Shown here in pieces: positions 39,650 through 53,029 of a stretch of 64,000 nucleotides of DNA. The DNA comes from the human T2T-CHM13v2.0 reference genome, Homo sapiens: the NCBI RefSeq assembly GCF_009914755.1, contig NC_060947.1. One strand, 5' to 3'. Made by a program: the position numbers and the translations under genes. Position 1 is the stretch's first letter; the number at the start of each line of letters is the position of its first letter. The notes under the pieces were generated by a model that saw nothing but the letters and a program-made list of their open reading frames with translations, made no database searches and was not told the origin of the DNA.

Positions 39650-41530
39650 GCAGCAACATAGATGAGCCTTAAATGCATTTTGCTGAGTGAAAGAAGCCAG
39701 ACTCAGAAGGCTGCATATTGTAACATTCCATTTATACGATATTATGGAAATGGCAAAACTGTAGGAATGGAAAGAAATTGGTGGTTGTCAGGGGACAAGG
39801 ATTGACTATTAAGGGGCCCCGTAGGGAATTTTTACATTAATGGAACTGTTTCCTATGGTAGTAGAGTGATAGATAAATAACACTGTTTTTGTCAAAATCC
39901 ATGGAGCTGCACATCACAAAGAGAGAATTTTAGTGTGTGCACATTTAAAAAAAATTAACCATTGAATAACCAAAATCCAAAACACTGGCAATACCACATA
40001 CTGGTGAGAATGTGGAACAACAGTGACTCTTACTTATCGGTGGTAGGAATGCAAAATGCTATAGCCACTTTGTAAGATAGTTTGGCAGTTTCTTACAAAA
40101 CGAATCATATTCTTATACAATCCAGCAACCCTGCCCCTAGGTACTTACCCAAATGAGTTGAATGCTAAAGTCCACACGAAACCTTCCACCACAGATGTTT
40201 ATAGCAGCTTTATTCATACTTGTCAAAACTTGGAAGCAATCAAGATGGTTTTCAGTAAGTGAATGGATAAATAAACTGTGGTACATCCAGACAATAGAAT
40301 ATTATTCAGCATTAAGAAGAAATGAGCTATCAAGTCATGAAAAAGACATGGAGGAAATTTTAATGCAAATCACTAAGTGAAAGAAGCCAATCTGAAAAGG
40401 CTACATTTTGTATAATTCCAACTACATGACCATCTGGAAAAGGCAAAACAACAGGAATAATAAAAGGATCAGTGGTTATTGAGCGTTAAAGGAGAGGGAA
40501 GGATGAATAGGGAGAACACAGAGGATTTTTAGGGCAGTGAAACTATTCTGTGAGAAATGACAGTGGTCAGTACATATTATTATACACATGTCCAAACCCA
40601 TGAATCTTCAAGACCAACAGCAGAACCTTAATGTGAATTATATACTTTGGGTGATAATGATGTTTCAATGTAGGTATTCAATTGTAAAAGATGTATCACT
40701 CTGGTGAGGATGTTGATAATGGGGGAGGCTATGCATATGTAGGGGCAGGGAGTGTATGAGAACTGTATACTTTCCACTCAATTTTGCTGTGTACCCAAAA
40801 CTGCTCTAAAATAATAAAATTTATTAATTAAAAAAGTCAACCAGGATTTCAGAGGATCCCAGGGTGTAGACTGTGCAGACGGTGACAAACAAACCTATCT
40901 TTGCTACAAATATAAGAGATAACCTCACAGAAAGAGATAAGAAAAAAAGGAGCTCACATACATATCTTTGGAAAACAGTACTTTCCCTGAATACTGTAAG
41001 GCTAAAGACAAAAGGAGTTGTACATATTGTACATAAACACTATGCTGTGGTTGTTAAATTTGTTTCTCATAGAGATACAACTTAACAATTCTGAAGTGAC
41101 TTAACATGTATTGTAGGGTTAAACAGAAAAGTAAATAAGTTAAACAGATATTGAGGGTCAGATTTCTCACTGTCAGGGGAAAAAAGTTACAAATAAACAA
41201 AGGAAGGATGTCAAAATCAACACTGTGATGCTAGATTAAAGTTGGAAATATTATGAACCCATATTTATATACACATATGTATTATTTATTTATACAGAAA
41301 GAGAAATACAGAAATATAGATATGTGTGATACTTTGTTATATATACATATATTTTCTTGCTCTGTCCACTGAAAGGGCCCATAGCAACTAGCACCATTGA
41401 TGTTCAAATATTGGTTTCTAAATATCATTCTCCACTAAAAGGAGCCTTTGGGAAAATAGCTGATTCTAGAACTGGGGAAAAAAATACAAGATGAAACTTG
41501 AGCATCATATAGTGCCAGAAAATGCTAAAA
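39650..41530 (+). mobile_element. L1MC/MD 3' region
   Basis: GCTGAGTGAAAGAAGCCAGACTCA.AAGGCT; TTGGTTTCTAAATATCATTCTCCACTAAAAGGA. Confidence 0.7.
39962..40830 (+). mobile_element. L1MC1/2-like 5'-truncated insertion in older L1
   Basis: AAGAAATGAGCTATCAAG.CATGAAAA.GACATGGAGGAA; TSD AAAAAATTAACCA/AAAAAGTCAACCA. Confidence 0.8.
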
Positions 41531-42819
41531 ATAAAGACAGAAAGACAAGAAGGAGGGACGACAGGGAGAGAAGGAATGAGGGAAGGAGGGAGGGAGAAAG
41601 GATAATTCTTGGACCCTCTTTATGGAATGGTTCGTGGGGCTGTCATAACCAGGCTAATTTGTCTAAGACAGGTGGGGCTGGGAAAGATGGTCTTAGCATT
41701 CTTGAAATAGAGGTCTCATGGGGTAGCAGAGCCCAAATGGTCAAAAGCAGCTGACTTAGGAGAGGTATGAGAACAAAACACAGTGTGCGATCTTGTATTG
41801 AAAGGAAGTTTCTATAGATACCGTTGGTAAAATTTGAATATGGACTGTATATTAGATAATAATATTGTATAAGTGTGAATTCTCCCAGATTTGATCATTT
41901 AATGAGATTTATCTAAGATAATGTATGTGTTTCTAGTAGATTCACAGAAAAATATCTAAGCACAAAAGTTCAGAATATCTGGAACTTACTCCCAAACAGT
42001 CCAGCGAAAATAACAATAATGATGATAACAATATATGTGCACATTTGTGTATGTATATGCATATTGCATGTGTGTAGAAAGAGAGAGAAAATGAGGTGCT
42101 GGTGTGTCAGATGTGGCAAAATGTTAGTCATGAATAAATCTACATGCAGGATAAGAGTTCACTTTATGCTTGCAAGAACTGTAGGAAAAAAGCTGGCTTA
42201 GAAAGCCAGAAAACCTAGGTTTATGAAGGAAAGAGAAAGAGTCAAATGAAAACATGGAGGGGGTCTGGGGTCACTGCTCAGAGTAGGTGTTCTCCTCTTG
42301 TCTTGAAGTATCAGGAAGTGAGATCAGTGTGAGTGAGCAAAGACTTGAGGCAATTCAGAATTAAATTGCTTGTGAGGGTGTAATTAGGTAGGTTGTCTCC
42401 TAGTCTGCCAGTGAGAGTAAAAATTGATGGATCTTTCCAAATTCCTTTCCAGAAAGGTAGTATCAGGAGGGCTAGCTTGTCTATACCTTTTTAAAATGCA
42501 ATTCCATTTGTCAATGTTGATATGTTTTATCTACATAGACACAGCTCAAGACACATGCACAAACTCTCCCCAGGTATACAAGTTTGTGAATTCTCTCTCT
42601 GTAGGTGATCATTAAAGCCTAGAGTAGAAAGTGAAAAGATTAATATACAGTCCATATTCAAATTTTACCAATGGTAGTAGCACCCTAAAACATCCAATAG
42701 CAAAGAAGTAGCCAACAAAGGAGGCTGAAAGGGAATCCTAAAGGGGTATGGAGAGAGAGTTGGCAACATAAAAGCCAAGGAAAGAAAATGTTTCAAGAAG
42801 GGAGTGGCATACAGCTTAG

Positions 42820-43020
42820 AGATGCCTTGGCTGGTATGGTAGACACTAGCTATATGTGACTATTGAAATTTAAATTCAATAAAGTTTAAAAATTCAGTCC
42901 TCAGTCACACTGGCCACATTTCAAGTGCTCAATAACCACATAAGCCTGGTGGCTACCATACTGGACAGCACAGATACACACCACTTCCATCATTGCAGAA
43001 ACATCTGTTGGACAACATTG
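42820..43020. mobile_element. MER3 (hAT-Charlie)
   Basis: CTCAGTCACACT.GCCACATTTCAAGTGCTCAATA.CCACAT..TGGCTACC.TA.TGGACAGCACAG..TTCCATCATTGCAGAAA. Confidence 0.85.
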
Positions 43021-43614
43021 GACTAAAAGTCAAGCAGGGTAGGAACCATGAAGTGTCCAGTGGAACTTAGCAACATGGAAGTCAGGGTAATCTTGATTAG
43101 AGTCATTCCAATGGAGCTGTGGGAGCAAATGCCAGAGTGGGGAGTTAGCAAAGACGAGGAAATGAAAGTAACAAGTTAGCTTCTTTGAAAATGTTGACTG
43201 TGAAGTGAAAACCGGATCTGGTGTCATTGCTGCAAAGGGAATCTGAATGGGAAGATCTTTAAGATGGAAGTTTTGAAACCCTATGGAGATTATATATTTA
43301 AGTGAGAGGGTAAATAATCATTAAAGTGAAGTTCCTGAGAAGCTAGAAAGCCTGGGACTCAGGGATTGGGTTGCAGGACTAGCCATACAAAGGAGATATC
43401 CTCTTCCATTTTAATAGACGGATGGGCAGAATTACAGGTCAGTCTGTAGATTTGGTAGTAGGAAGGTCAGGGAATCTGAAGTTTTCCAATTTCTAATGTG
43501 AATTTGAAAGTGAGTTCATTTGCTTGGAGTGAAAGTTGGGGTGGCTGAAAGATAATGGAGTATGAATAGGATAAACATGTGAACTAACTTCTTTGGAAAG
43601 TAGGTGAGAGCATT

Positions 43615-43800
43615 GGTGTGGTTCTCAAACGTAAGCATGCATTAGAATCCCCTGGAGGGCTTGCTAAAATAGAGTGCTGGGGCCCACTCACAGGGGCTCG
43701 GATTCTGTAGGTCTAGGATGAGCTGAGAATTTGCATTTCTGACAAGCTCCCAGCTGATGCTGATGCTGCTGGTCCAGAGAACACACTTCAACAACCACTG
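43615..43800. mobile_element. MER5A
   Basis: GTGGTTCTCAAA..CCTGGAGGGCTTG.TAAAA..GAGAATTTGCATTTCT.ACAAG..AACCACTG. Confidence 0.88.
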
Positions 43801-44115
43801 GACTTGCCAAGTAGCACTGACACTGGAAATTATAAATATTGACAGTGATGGTAGGGCAAGGTATGAAAGGTATGAAGATGGTCAAGAAAGTTTGCAATTG
43901 TGGAGAATGTGAGAGAATTGACTAGAGAAACAATATAAATAGTGTCAGTGTAACAAAAGTTAAAGTTTTGACTGAGGCATCAAGATACCATAGATATTGA
44001 AGCAATTAGTGAGACAGGCCACCCTGTATGAATTTCAAAGTAGCGAACCAATAACTGATTTCAAAACTCTTAAGCCCTTCACTCAGTATGGGTTTTAAAA
44101 GCTCTGGTTGGTGGA

Positions 44116-44555
<440 letters not shown>

Positions 44556-44989
44556 TCAAGTCAGGAGAGAGGAATTTTAAGGACCACTTAGCTTGATATG
44601 TGACTTCTGCAGTTGGACAGATATGGTCACATGGTGTCTGACTCTCACCTGGAAAATGTAAAAGGCTGGCCAGTGCTCCAAGAGCAGGAGCAAAAATGTT
44701 GGTGCTGTGTTGAGATATGCCTGCTCTCCCAGAATCTGTCAGAGCAAGGGACATGTACGTGTACCCCAGGGATCAGACAAAAGCCACACATGCATGAGAG
44801 ATCTTCAGGTTAATGGCTTTCTGCACTGTGGAGGTTTCAAAAGGAATTACAAAAACATTCACAAAAGACATAGCTTTAAATACCTGCTGGTCCCAGATTG
44901 TGAAAAGCCAACTTACAACAGTATCAGTCAAGAAATAACTTTTCTATCTCCCTTACCTCTTTTTCTTCCCTTTGCTTTGCTGCTGAACT

Positions 44990-45187
44990 AGGGTGGCCAG
45001 ATATAACAACAACAATGACAAAAATACAGGATTCTCAGTTAAATTGGAATTTGAAATAAACAGTGGAGACCATTTTAGCATTATCTACCATGCAATATAT
45101 GAGACCAATCATGTTCAAAAATTTATTCATTGCCTACTCCAAATTCCAATTTAATTGGGCATCCTGTATATTTTATCTATTACTCTA
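44990..45187. mobile_element. MER53 palindromic hAT MITE
   Basis: AGGGTGGCCAGAT..AAAATACAGGAT..CAGTTAAATT.GAATTT / AAATTC.AATTTAA.TGGGCATCCTGTAT. Confidence 0.82.
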
Positions 45188-45499
45188 AACAGGGTCAGTA
45201 ATTGTAGTTAGTAAGATGGGGAGAATGGCTCAAAGTCTAAAGTAGGGAAAGAGAACAACTGTGGTCCATTTGACAGCTGTAGGCCCTTCACCTGTAGCAG
45301 GTTGCAGCTCAGGTAGGAAGAATAGCTCTAACTCTGGTTTTAGTTGAAAGCTTTATTCCATGGAATGGGTTAAAGTAACCATTTAACACTGTGTTTTGTT
45401 ACAAAAGAGACAGGTAAAGTGGAAGACGCCATTGAAGGTGGTTTATGATTTCATTCCATGACTTCTGTCAGTTCAACTTATTGATTACATTTGGATACG

Positions 45500-46075
45500 T
45501 AAAATAAATAAGTCCGGAAACATGTATAACAAACTGAAAACAGTGCTTATTTCTGATACCACAGTGGACTTTCAATTACAATTCCCTTCAATTTTGTTTA
45601 GTTAGAGTTACTATAAATATGAATTACTGTGATCCTTGAAATTAATAAAGATTTTTTAAACTTGTTATTTTTCCACTTAACATTTTCTGGTCATCTCTTC
45701 GTGTTAGTATTCTTCTAGAAGGTGGTTTCTATAGCTGCTTGATATCCCATTGTATGACTGCAGCATAATGTATTCATGCCCCTGATTCAGGTTGTCTTGT
45801 CCTTTATTAATACAAATAATTTTACAATGAAATCCTTGTAGCTTAATCATTATGCACATCTTTAATTATTACCTTAGGATACATTCTTAGAAATGCAATG
45901 TCTGAGCCCAAGAGTTAAATGTGTGCTTTTAAGCTTTCAAAATTTCCTACTGAAAGGCTGACTACCTACACCAACTCCACTACAGGTAATTATCGATATG
46001 TATCTCATTGTTTTGATTGTCATTTCTTGATGAATATTTTTACAAGTGTTGCTTGGCCATTTGTATTTTCATATT
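45500..46075. mobile_element. L1ME fragments (short plus piece, then minus piece)
   Basis: TTTTCCACTTAACA, AATTATT.CCTTAGGATA.ATTC.TAGAA, TGGCCATTTGTATT. Confidence 0.5.
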
Positions 46076-47828
46076 AACTTGATAGTCTGATGGATGCTTA
46101 ACAGATGGATATTAAATTGATGGATGCTAGCAGGTTTTGTTGACTTTTGTCTACACTGGCACCCCGTCATGCGTGCACACACACACACCCATTCTATGTG
46201 TTACACAAATAAATGCTTGTTGAATGAATAAGTACATGTAATAATTAAGTATTTAAAGAATCTGGTCAAAGGAAACTTCTTCTACTTCTTTGCTCTTGAC
46301 AGTTTCATGATTTATTTATCCACTCAACAAGCAATGTGGAGTGCCTAATGTATACATAACTCAATGCTAGGCTATTTAAAAATAATAAGCATTGGGAATA
46401 ATTTCAGTCAATACAATAAAAGTAAAAATCACACACATTCTAAGAACATCTCAGCTATATAGCAACTTCAGTCGAATGACCCTCTTTAGATTGGCGAATG
46501 CTCTAAGTACTTTGAGATTTACACACTTACTTTAAATTTTTAAATGGTTGTTGGAAAAAATATTTCTACAAGATACCATATGCTTCTGTATTTTTATAAA
46601 TATGGTACCTCATATATGTAACTATACATGGATGGAATGAAGGAGAGCATGAATGAGTTTGTCACTGCTCTATATGTAGTAAATGTCCCCTCTTTTCCAG
46701 ATTGGGAAATGTAATTGATTGGGGTGCCCTGAGAGACTTTTGAGCATTGTTTCTACTCACCTCTGTGGCTGCTGTTGCTGTCCCTGCCACCATGACTGTG
46801 GACCCTCCATACCTCCTTCTAAACTCTGCTGTTTCTGCCACCAATGACTCTCTACCCATTTCTTGTTTCTTCTCGCTTCTGTTGCTTCACCAGTGCCTCT
46901 TGACTTTCAAGTGTAAGTTATTATTATTTGTATCATTTATTAGTTATTATTAATAGTATCATTTTACTTTTGGGTGACAACCCAAGTAGTCACCTTACCC
47001 TTGAAGTAATTCTGCAGGCTGTCTGTCTTGGCCTTGTTGTTTGATGTTGGATACCAATGGACAGATCTTTCACTATAAAAAAATGTTTTCGAGCTGTTTC
47101 TAGGTCCATAAACCTGAGGGTTCTAGAAGTCCAAATGCCAGATAACATCTGTATTGTACAATTGCTGGCATCATATGAATATGAAGTTTTATACAAGGAG
47201 ACCCCAACTATAGGGCTGGATCCACCAATAGCTCTTACAAGCTGGTTTGATAGATTTCCAAGCCAGTTTTTTCATGCCGTTGAGAGGACTTTCTAAAGAA
47301 AGCTACTTCTGACATCCTCTAATTCATGTTCTTTAGAAATGTTCTCATCAATATCTGAACCCATTAGCCCCACCAAGGGGTGAGAGCATCTCCTTGGTCC
47401 CCGTCCTACTATGGTGGTTATATGACTCCAAGGAAATAAATCCTAGGCTTCTCCACCACAAGTTTGGAGTGTCCTTTCTTAAGGCAGATGAGGAAGCTGC
47501 ATTTTCTTATTGGTAAAGGGGTCTTGAACCTGGAGATGAAGTTGTAACTAGGAAAAAGAAAAGAACTAAAAGAATGTTTTAGGTTGGTTCAGACACAGCT
47601 GACCTGAGTGGGGAGTAAAACTGCATTGTTAGAAGAAAATCCTCAAGTCTTAGGGTCTTGCTGCCTTTGACTAGGAATTCTGACAAAGAAAATTCGAGCA
47701 TACTAAATTCCTAATGAAGTGCTTGATTTGTGCCAACTTTAACGTCCCTCTGGTGTTGTGAAAATACCCCTTTCTTCTGACAATGTACTCAGTTGAGATG
47801 CGGGAGTCGGGGTGGGGGAACAATTCAG

Positions 47829-47990
47829 GGAATGCTGTGGAGGCTGCTGTGGGAAAATCCCAAGGGCCGAGATGAGTGGGGAAGGCCCAGGGAGAAGAGG
47901 GAAGGGAGGGGCCTGCCTGGCCTGAGTGCTGCAGGCACAGGGCAGTGGTTGCAGAGATAAGCAAGGAGGAGCTTTCTGTCAACAACCACA
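47829..47990 (+). promoter_or_regulatory. Candidate enhancer motif cluster (NF-kB, GATA, RUNX)
   Basis: GGGAAAATCCC 47851-47861, AGATAAG 47955-47961, AACCACA 47984-47990 in a locally G-rich unique segment. Confidence 0.3.
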
Positions 47991-48787
47991 ACCACCACCA
48001 ACACAACAAAGAGCAGTCTTTCCTAAGAGATGATTCCACCTGCCTTTGACACTGGGCACCACATATCGGGCTCTCTGGTATTTCATTGAAATGGCTGCCT
48101 GTGTGGAGTTCAGAGGGGAAAATAATGGAGTAGGTTTTGCCTCTTCCCTTTTACAGTAGTCCCCAAAAGAGTGTACATTTGATAAGGGCCAAAGTCTGTT
48201 TGTGAAAAGAAACCTCTGAGGGGATGTACAGCACCTAAGACCAAAGAACTTAATTTTGCCTCAAATTTTGGCTATACTGTTTCTATAGAGACCAAAGGGA
48301 AGCTTTGGCTCCCCCACTCAGCTATTAAAGTTTAGTGCATTGAAAACTGTCTTCATGCTGTGATACCCTTTCAGGGAGGAGAATAGGGTCTGAACTAATC
48401 CATGAAAGTTGTCATGCTATGAACTAGTAGTCAAGCTTTTTCCTTTCAATTGAATCTAAAACTATACTGTACTTCACACTTGATTGGTCCTTCAGATGGA
48501 AGGATTCAATATCCCTGCTGGAAATCAGCTCGTCTTCTTCACACAGTGCTGTTGAACGTGGAAAGAACTTATTTCTGAGGCATAATTACCAGCTCTAACA
48601 TATGAAAAGTCGTAAGGATATTTAATTTTTTTCCTTTTCTTAAATTTCAGTCAAACTCTTTAAAATGTTAACTTTTATTTCCCCCTGTGACAAAGCTTGT
48701 TTACTAGACTGTGTCTCCATCCTTGGGCTTGTTGTTTGTCAATAGATGTTGGGATCCATACATGCTCACCAGCCTTTCTTTCTTCAG

Positions 48788-48882
48788 GATGATAGACAGA
48801 CATACAGCATAAGTGTATCGAGGACAAAAAAATATCTTCTGAATGCAGCCGTCAGCGAGCCATTGAATGTCCTGTAGCAAAG
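48788..48882 (+). other. Candidate 95-nt non-coding/UTR exon
   Basis: Branch-like CTCAC, CCTTTCTTTCTTCAG acceptor, AAG/GTAACG donor, retained CpGs; stops in all three frames. Confidence 0.3.
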
Positions 48883-51800
48883 GTAACGGGTCACTTATTT
48901 ACCATGAAGAGTGGGACGAGAACTCAAGGAATCTGAGTAGTGCTATGCCAATTGTCTAAGGGAAAGGACACTTTTCCTTTCCCACTCAAAGAGTTAGCTT
49001 TGTTTGTTTGCACATGTTTTAGATCAATAACTGGTAATAGTAAAGGCAGAATAAAAGCTCTAATAACCATGAACCATCTGTAGTGTGAATTGACATTTTC
49101 CAAGTTAAACACTATGTCTTGTGAGTGAATACATACAGTGTGTATGATTTTTTTTAATTGGAAAAAAAAAAAAGGCTTGATCTAGCTACACCAAAAGGGG
49201 GCACCAGGGTATTAAGGAAGTTATGATGGTTTCGGAGGCTAAAAATTAAATTAAGTGAAGTTTGAAGAGGTTTTTAGTATAATTATTATGTGCATGATTT
49301 TAAAAACGTGTTGTTTTAAAAGTCAGTTGGATGATTTCAAGTATTTTGATAAGACTGTTTTGATATCAGAATGTAATTTCCTACTAGCATGGGGCAATAT
49401 TTCTGGGGTTGGTGGTATAAATGCTAAAAAATATTTGACAAAAAATTATATAAGAAAAAATCACATATGTCTCCTGAGAGTGCTATTAATATTCATAGTA
49501 TTTCTCATCAAAATTTTGGTATATTCTGTCTTTTAAAATATAAATTTGTCTCTTCTTTGTTGTATAAGACACTCAGTAAATGTAAGAATATTTGTCTATG
49601 TGTATCTGTGTCTAGATGAAAAAAATCAGCATTCTGTATTTGCTTTTCTGAGAGAGGATGCAGAAAGTGGGAACCTGTGGGTTATGGCAAATAGCACCTA
49701 ACTTAGAGATACTGTAGCTTCCAGAGTTCAAAAGGAATAAATAAAGAGAACAGATGGCATTTCCTGGAAAGATTTTCAAATTATACGTTTTGATTAACAC
49801 TATCTAATTTCTATGATTCTAGTAAAGGGAATTTAATGAAAGAAAATAGAGACAAAATACTTTTTAATGGGGTTGTAAATATATTCAATGCAAGTAGATG
49901 ACTCTTCTGATTTAATGTCACCTATGAAGAGTAAAAACCAGTTCAATTTCTAATTTCGTTAGTGATTGACTAAGTGCTATTTGTGTTGTTTTTCTCATCA
50001 TTCTGATACCCTGCCCCTTTCCCTCCCTTATGTGAAATAGAGACCTTTTATATGTAATCAAATCTTAAATGGTTGACTAGCTAATAATTCCTCTAAAAAA
50101 TGGAAATCAGTGTCTGCATGATCCTGTTTTCTCTGTATATCTGTACCGTTTCCAAAGATGGCTGCAATCTAAACAAAATGGGCTGTCTTTTCATGGAAAA
50201 TATTTTCTCCTTTTACTTTTTGATGGCTGGTTATAGCTTCTTAAAAAATGATAAAATGATGAATTTAGTTGAAATCTTGTTTTATGGTTTAATTTTTATC
50301 CAGCCTTAGGTCTTGCCCATTGTTTTATGCTTTGTGATGATTTATGGAATCATATATTATGCAATGCAAGGCAATTTACAAGCTGCTATTACATCCCTGT
50401 AACTTTTATGAAATATGTGACTAATTAGTATATTGTTTAATGGGGAGAATTAGATTAAAAAAGCAAATGTCTTTCAGGTTTATTTGAAACATATGGACTT
50501 TATTCAACCAAAGTAATTATTCAGGTACAATAAATTGTTACGTGTAGTGCTGGCAGATAGCTGTAATTTTATTTTAAAATATGGCAATATCGAGAAGTTT
50601 TTATGACTTTGTTGTTTATCTGAAATAAAAATAGAATAGGATTATTGAATTTCATATCTTCTTTTTACTATCAACAGTGTAGTGATTTGTGGTGATTAAC
50701 ATGTACTGAAATGTCTATTAAAGACAGGGAAGGAAAGTTACTGTTGCCTTTTGCTTTTTGTGGTTCTCCCCAACATATATATTGTAAAGGATGTTTGATG
50801 AGATTGTGAAATATTTAAAATGTGGTCAGTAAAGTCTGTTTCATATAACTGGATATTTTCAAAATTATATTTTCTATTTTTTTTAAAATTAGTAGTTGTT
50901 TAGTTAATAATAATAATTGCACTGTATTGCTTCTGCTTTGAGGAATTGATGTTCCTTAGTGCCACTGAAAAAGAAAAATTCTTTTTTTCAGGATAATGCT
51001 TTATAAATAATATATATAAAATATTGTATAGATATATAGATATTCATATAGATGTTTTATTTCTCTGTGTACTCTTCAGGTTCTGCCATTTTCATGAAGG
51101 GTCGATCTGACCGATAAAATCAGGTGTTATACGTTTTTGGAATAACAGAAAACCAGAATAGCCAAGATCTGAACACGCAATTAATCATGATGCTGATGAT
51201 TAGTGTATTGTTTCAGCCACAATCTATGCTTTGGGAGGGCTTGACTTGGATCTAAGACATTGTTCCATTTTAAGAAAATGTTCATATGGTGATATCTGAG
51301 GTCAGAACAGACAAAATAATAAGTAGATCAGATTTTGATTAAAGCGTTTTAGTTGTTTAGCCTGGTATTTCTTATGAAAAGATTTCACATCAATAGGTCA
51401 CAAAGACTTTCTGGCTTTAATTTTTTTTTTTTCAAAAAGTCAATTTACTCATGCTTAAAAGTCCGTCCATGCACATGCTCAATGGCTTACTTTTGTGGTG
51501 TTTTCAAGTCACCTCTCCATGGAAGCAAATTAGTGGCCAAGTAGAGCTTATGAAAGAACCTGAAACACAGAAGGGTTTCCGAAGGGGCTATTCTCCTTTA
51601 GGGAAGCTATCTCCGGATTAAAAAAAAAAAAAAAAAAAAAGAATCGAAATCACAGCTGCAAGGGTCCCTGATCTGTTCCCTGGCATGATGTGTTCATTGA
51701 AAACCCTGTATAGAGGAGTTTCACATTAGATATGTCATTTCTTTTTAACAGATCGATTTGCCTACACAGGGCACAGTCTGTGGGAGTTTTCAGTCACAGG

Positions 51801-52171
51801 TTTTATTTATTTTTTTTCCCATAATCCAGCTCCATCTCTGAATAAGTGAAAGGAACATTTTGGCCTCTTTGATTATAAAGACATGCAAGAAGCATAGAAA
51901 ATCTGATGAAATTAAAGCAACAAGAGATTTCAAAGCACGTAATCAAAAAGCAAAATTTTCTTTTCAAATGAAACACTATGTTATTGTAAAACCAGACATT
52001 CTACATAGGAAGCTGACTAAAAAGAGATAATTTCAGAGACATAGAAAATAGGCATCCTGACTAGATTCCTGCAGCACCTTCAAAAAGTTTGGTTTTTGGT
52101 ATTTGGGACAGTAAGCTAAAACAACAGAATAGAATTTGATCCTAGAACAACTAGATAGAGTTACATGTTTG

Positions 52172-52174
<3 letters not shown>

Positions 52175-52213
<39 letters not shown>
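52175..52213. repeat. (CT)~19 microsatellite
   Basis: Directly visible. Confidence 0.95.
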
Positions 52214-52217
<4 letters not shown>

Positions 52218-52889
52218 TAGACAAACAGAATAGCTGAGATAAAACTTGAGGACTAGTCATTCAGCAGAGCTGTAATCTCTAAATTCACAATGGACTTTCC
52301 AGCTTAACTGGCCTTCATGCAACTGTTTATTAGAAATTGCAGTATTAATTTTCAGTGTTGCTCTAGTGATGTGATTAGGAGTACAGATGTCCAGAGTTAA
52401 ATTAAAGAGGTGTTCTAAACCTCACAATTTAAAACATTTCCCTGAACTGATGTGGAGACAATACCGGTCTCTCTATTTTTAAAATTCAGTTCTCTTGGTT
52501 TGAATAGTGAGAACAAAGGTGCTAATCTGTAGTACTGAGAAAGGCCAATTATGCCCTCTGCATCAGACAGGGCTTAATATGATTTTAAATAATTGCCAAA
52601 TTAGATGCATATGAATGTAGTTTTACTATTTACTCAAAACCCATTAACCCAGTGTCTATGTTATATGGAATCAGGTGCATTTGCAAATAAATTCCCCTAT
52701 ATAGAAATGCTCCACCTCATCGTACAAAAACATGAAGAGACATTTAGGATTTGCTTTAAACCATTGGTACTGTTGTTCTGATTTAGAATGAGCTGGTTAT
52801 ACTAAGCAACTGAAGCTAGTGTTTCTCAGGAGTTCCATACTTTGTACTTTAAAAAATATTTTCTTAACTATTTTCACATTTTTAATTTC

Positions 52890-52995
52890 ATTAGTTTCCT
52901 TATCGTAGTCTGAGAAAGTGGACATTTATTCTCATTTTCCAGTTGAAGAAACTGAGGCTCAGAGAAGTCAACTTTCACTAGGTCACGTGGCCACT
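52890..52995 (-). mobile_element. MIR fragment
   Basis: CTCATTTT.CAG.TGA.GAAACTGAGGCTCAGAGA..AGGTCAC. Confidence 0.75.
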
Positions 52996-53029
52996 TAGTC
53001 ACGGACACCCAGTCAGCACGACACTGTTA

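Larger units (their letters stand above)
42620..43950 (-). mobile_element. LINE-2 remnant with nested MER3 and MER5A
   Basis: AAGCCAAGG.AAGAAAATGTTTCAAGAAGG; TTAGCAACATGGA.GTCA. Confidence 0.6.

Noticed and set aside
44990-45187. Hairpin that could be a miR-1302-type precursor
   Set aside because: It is a MER53 palindrome, and the region corresponding to the mature miRNA is too diverged to call.
46990-47196. Minus-strand peptide faintly like a Penelope GIY-YIG endonuclease (SYSYDASN..TSRTLRF..RKHF..KDLSI)
   Set aside because: The GIY/YIG motifs and cysteines are absent and the spacing is too compressed; a significant HMM hit would be needed.
51615-51640. Poly-A run as a possible retrocopy tail (also 35552-35579)
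   Set aside because: No TSD or recognisable processed transcript upstream.
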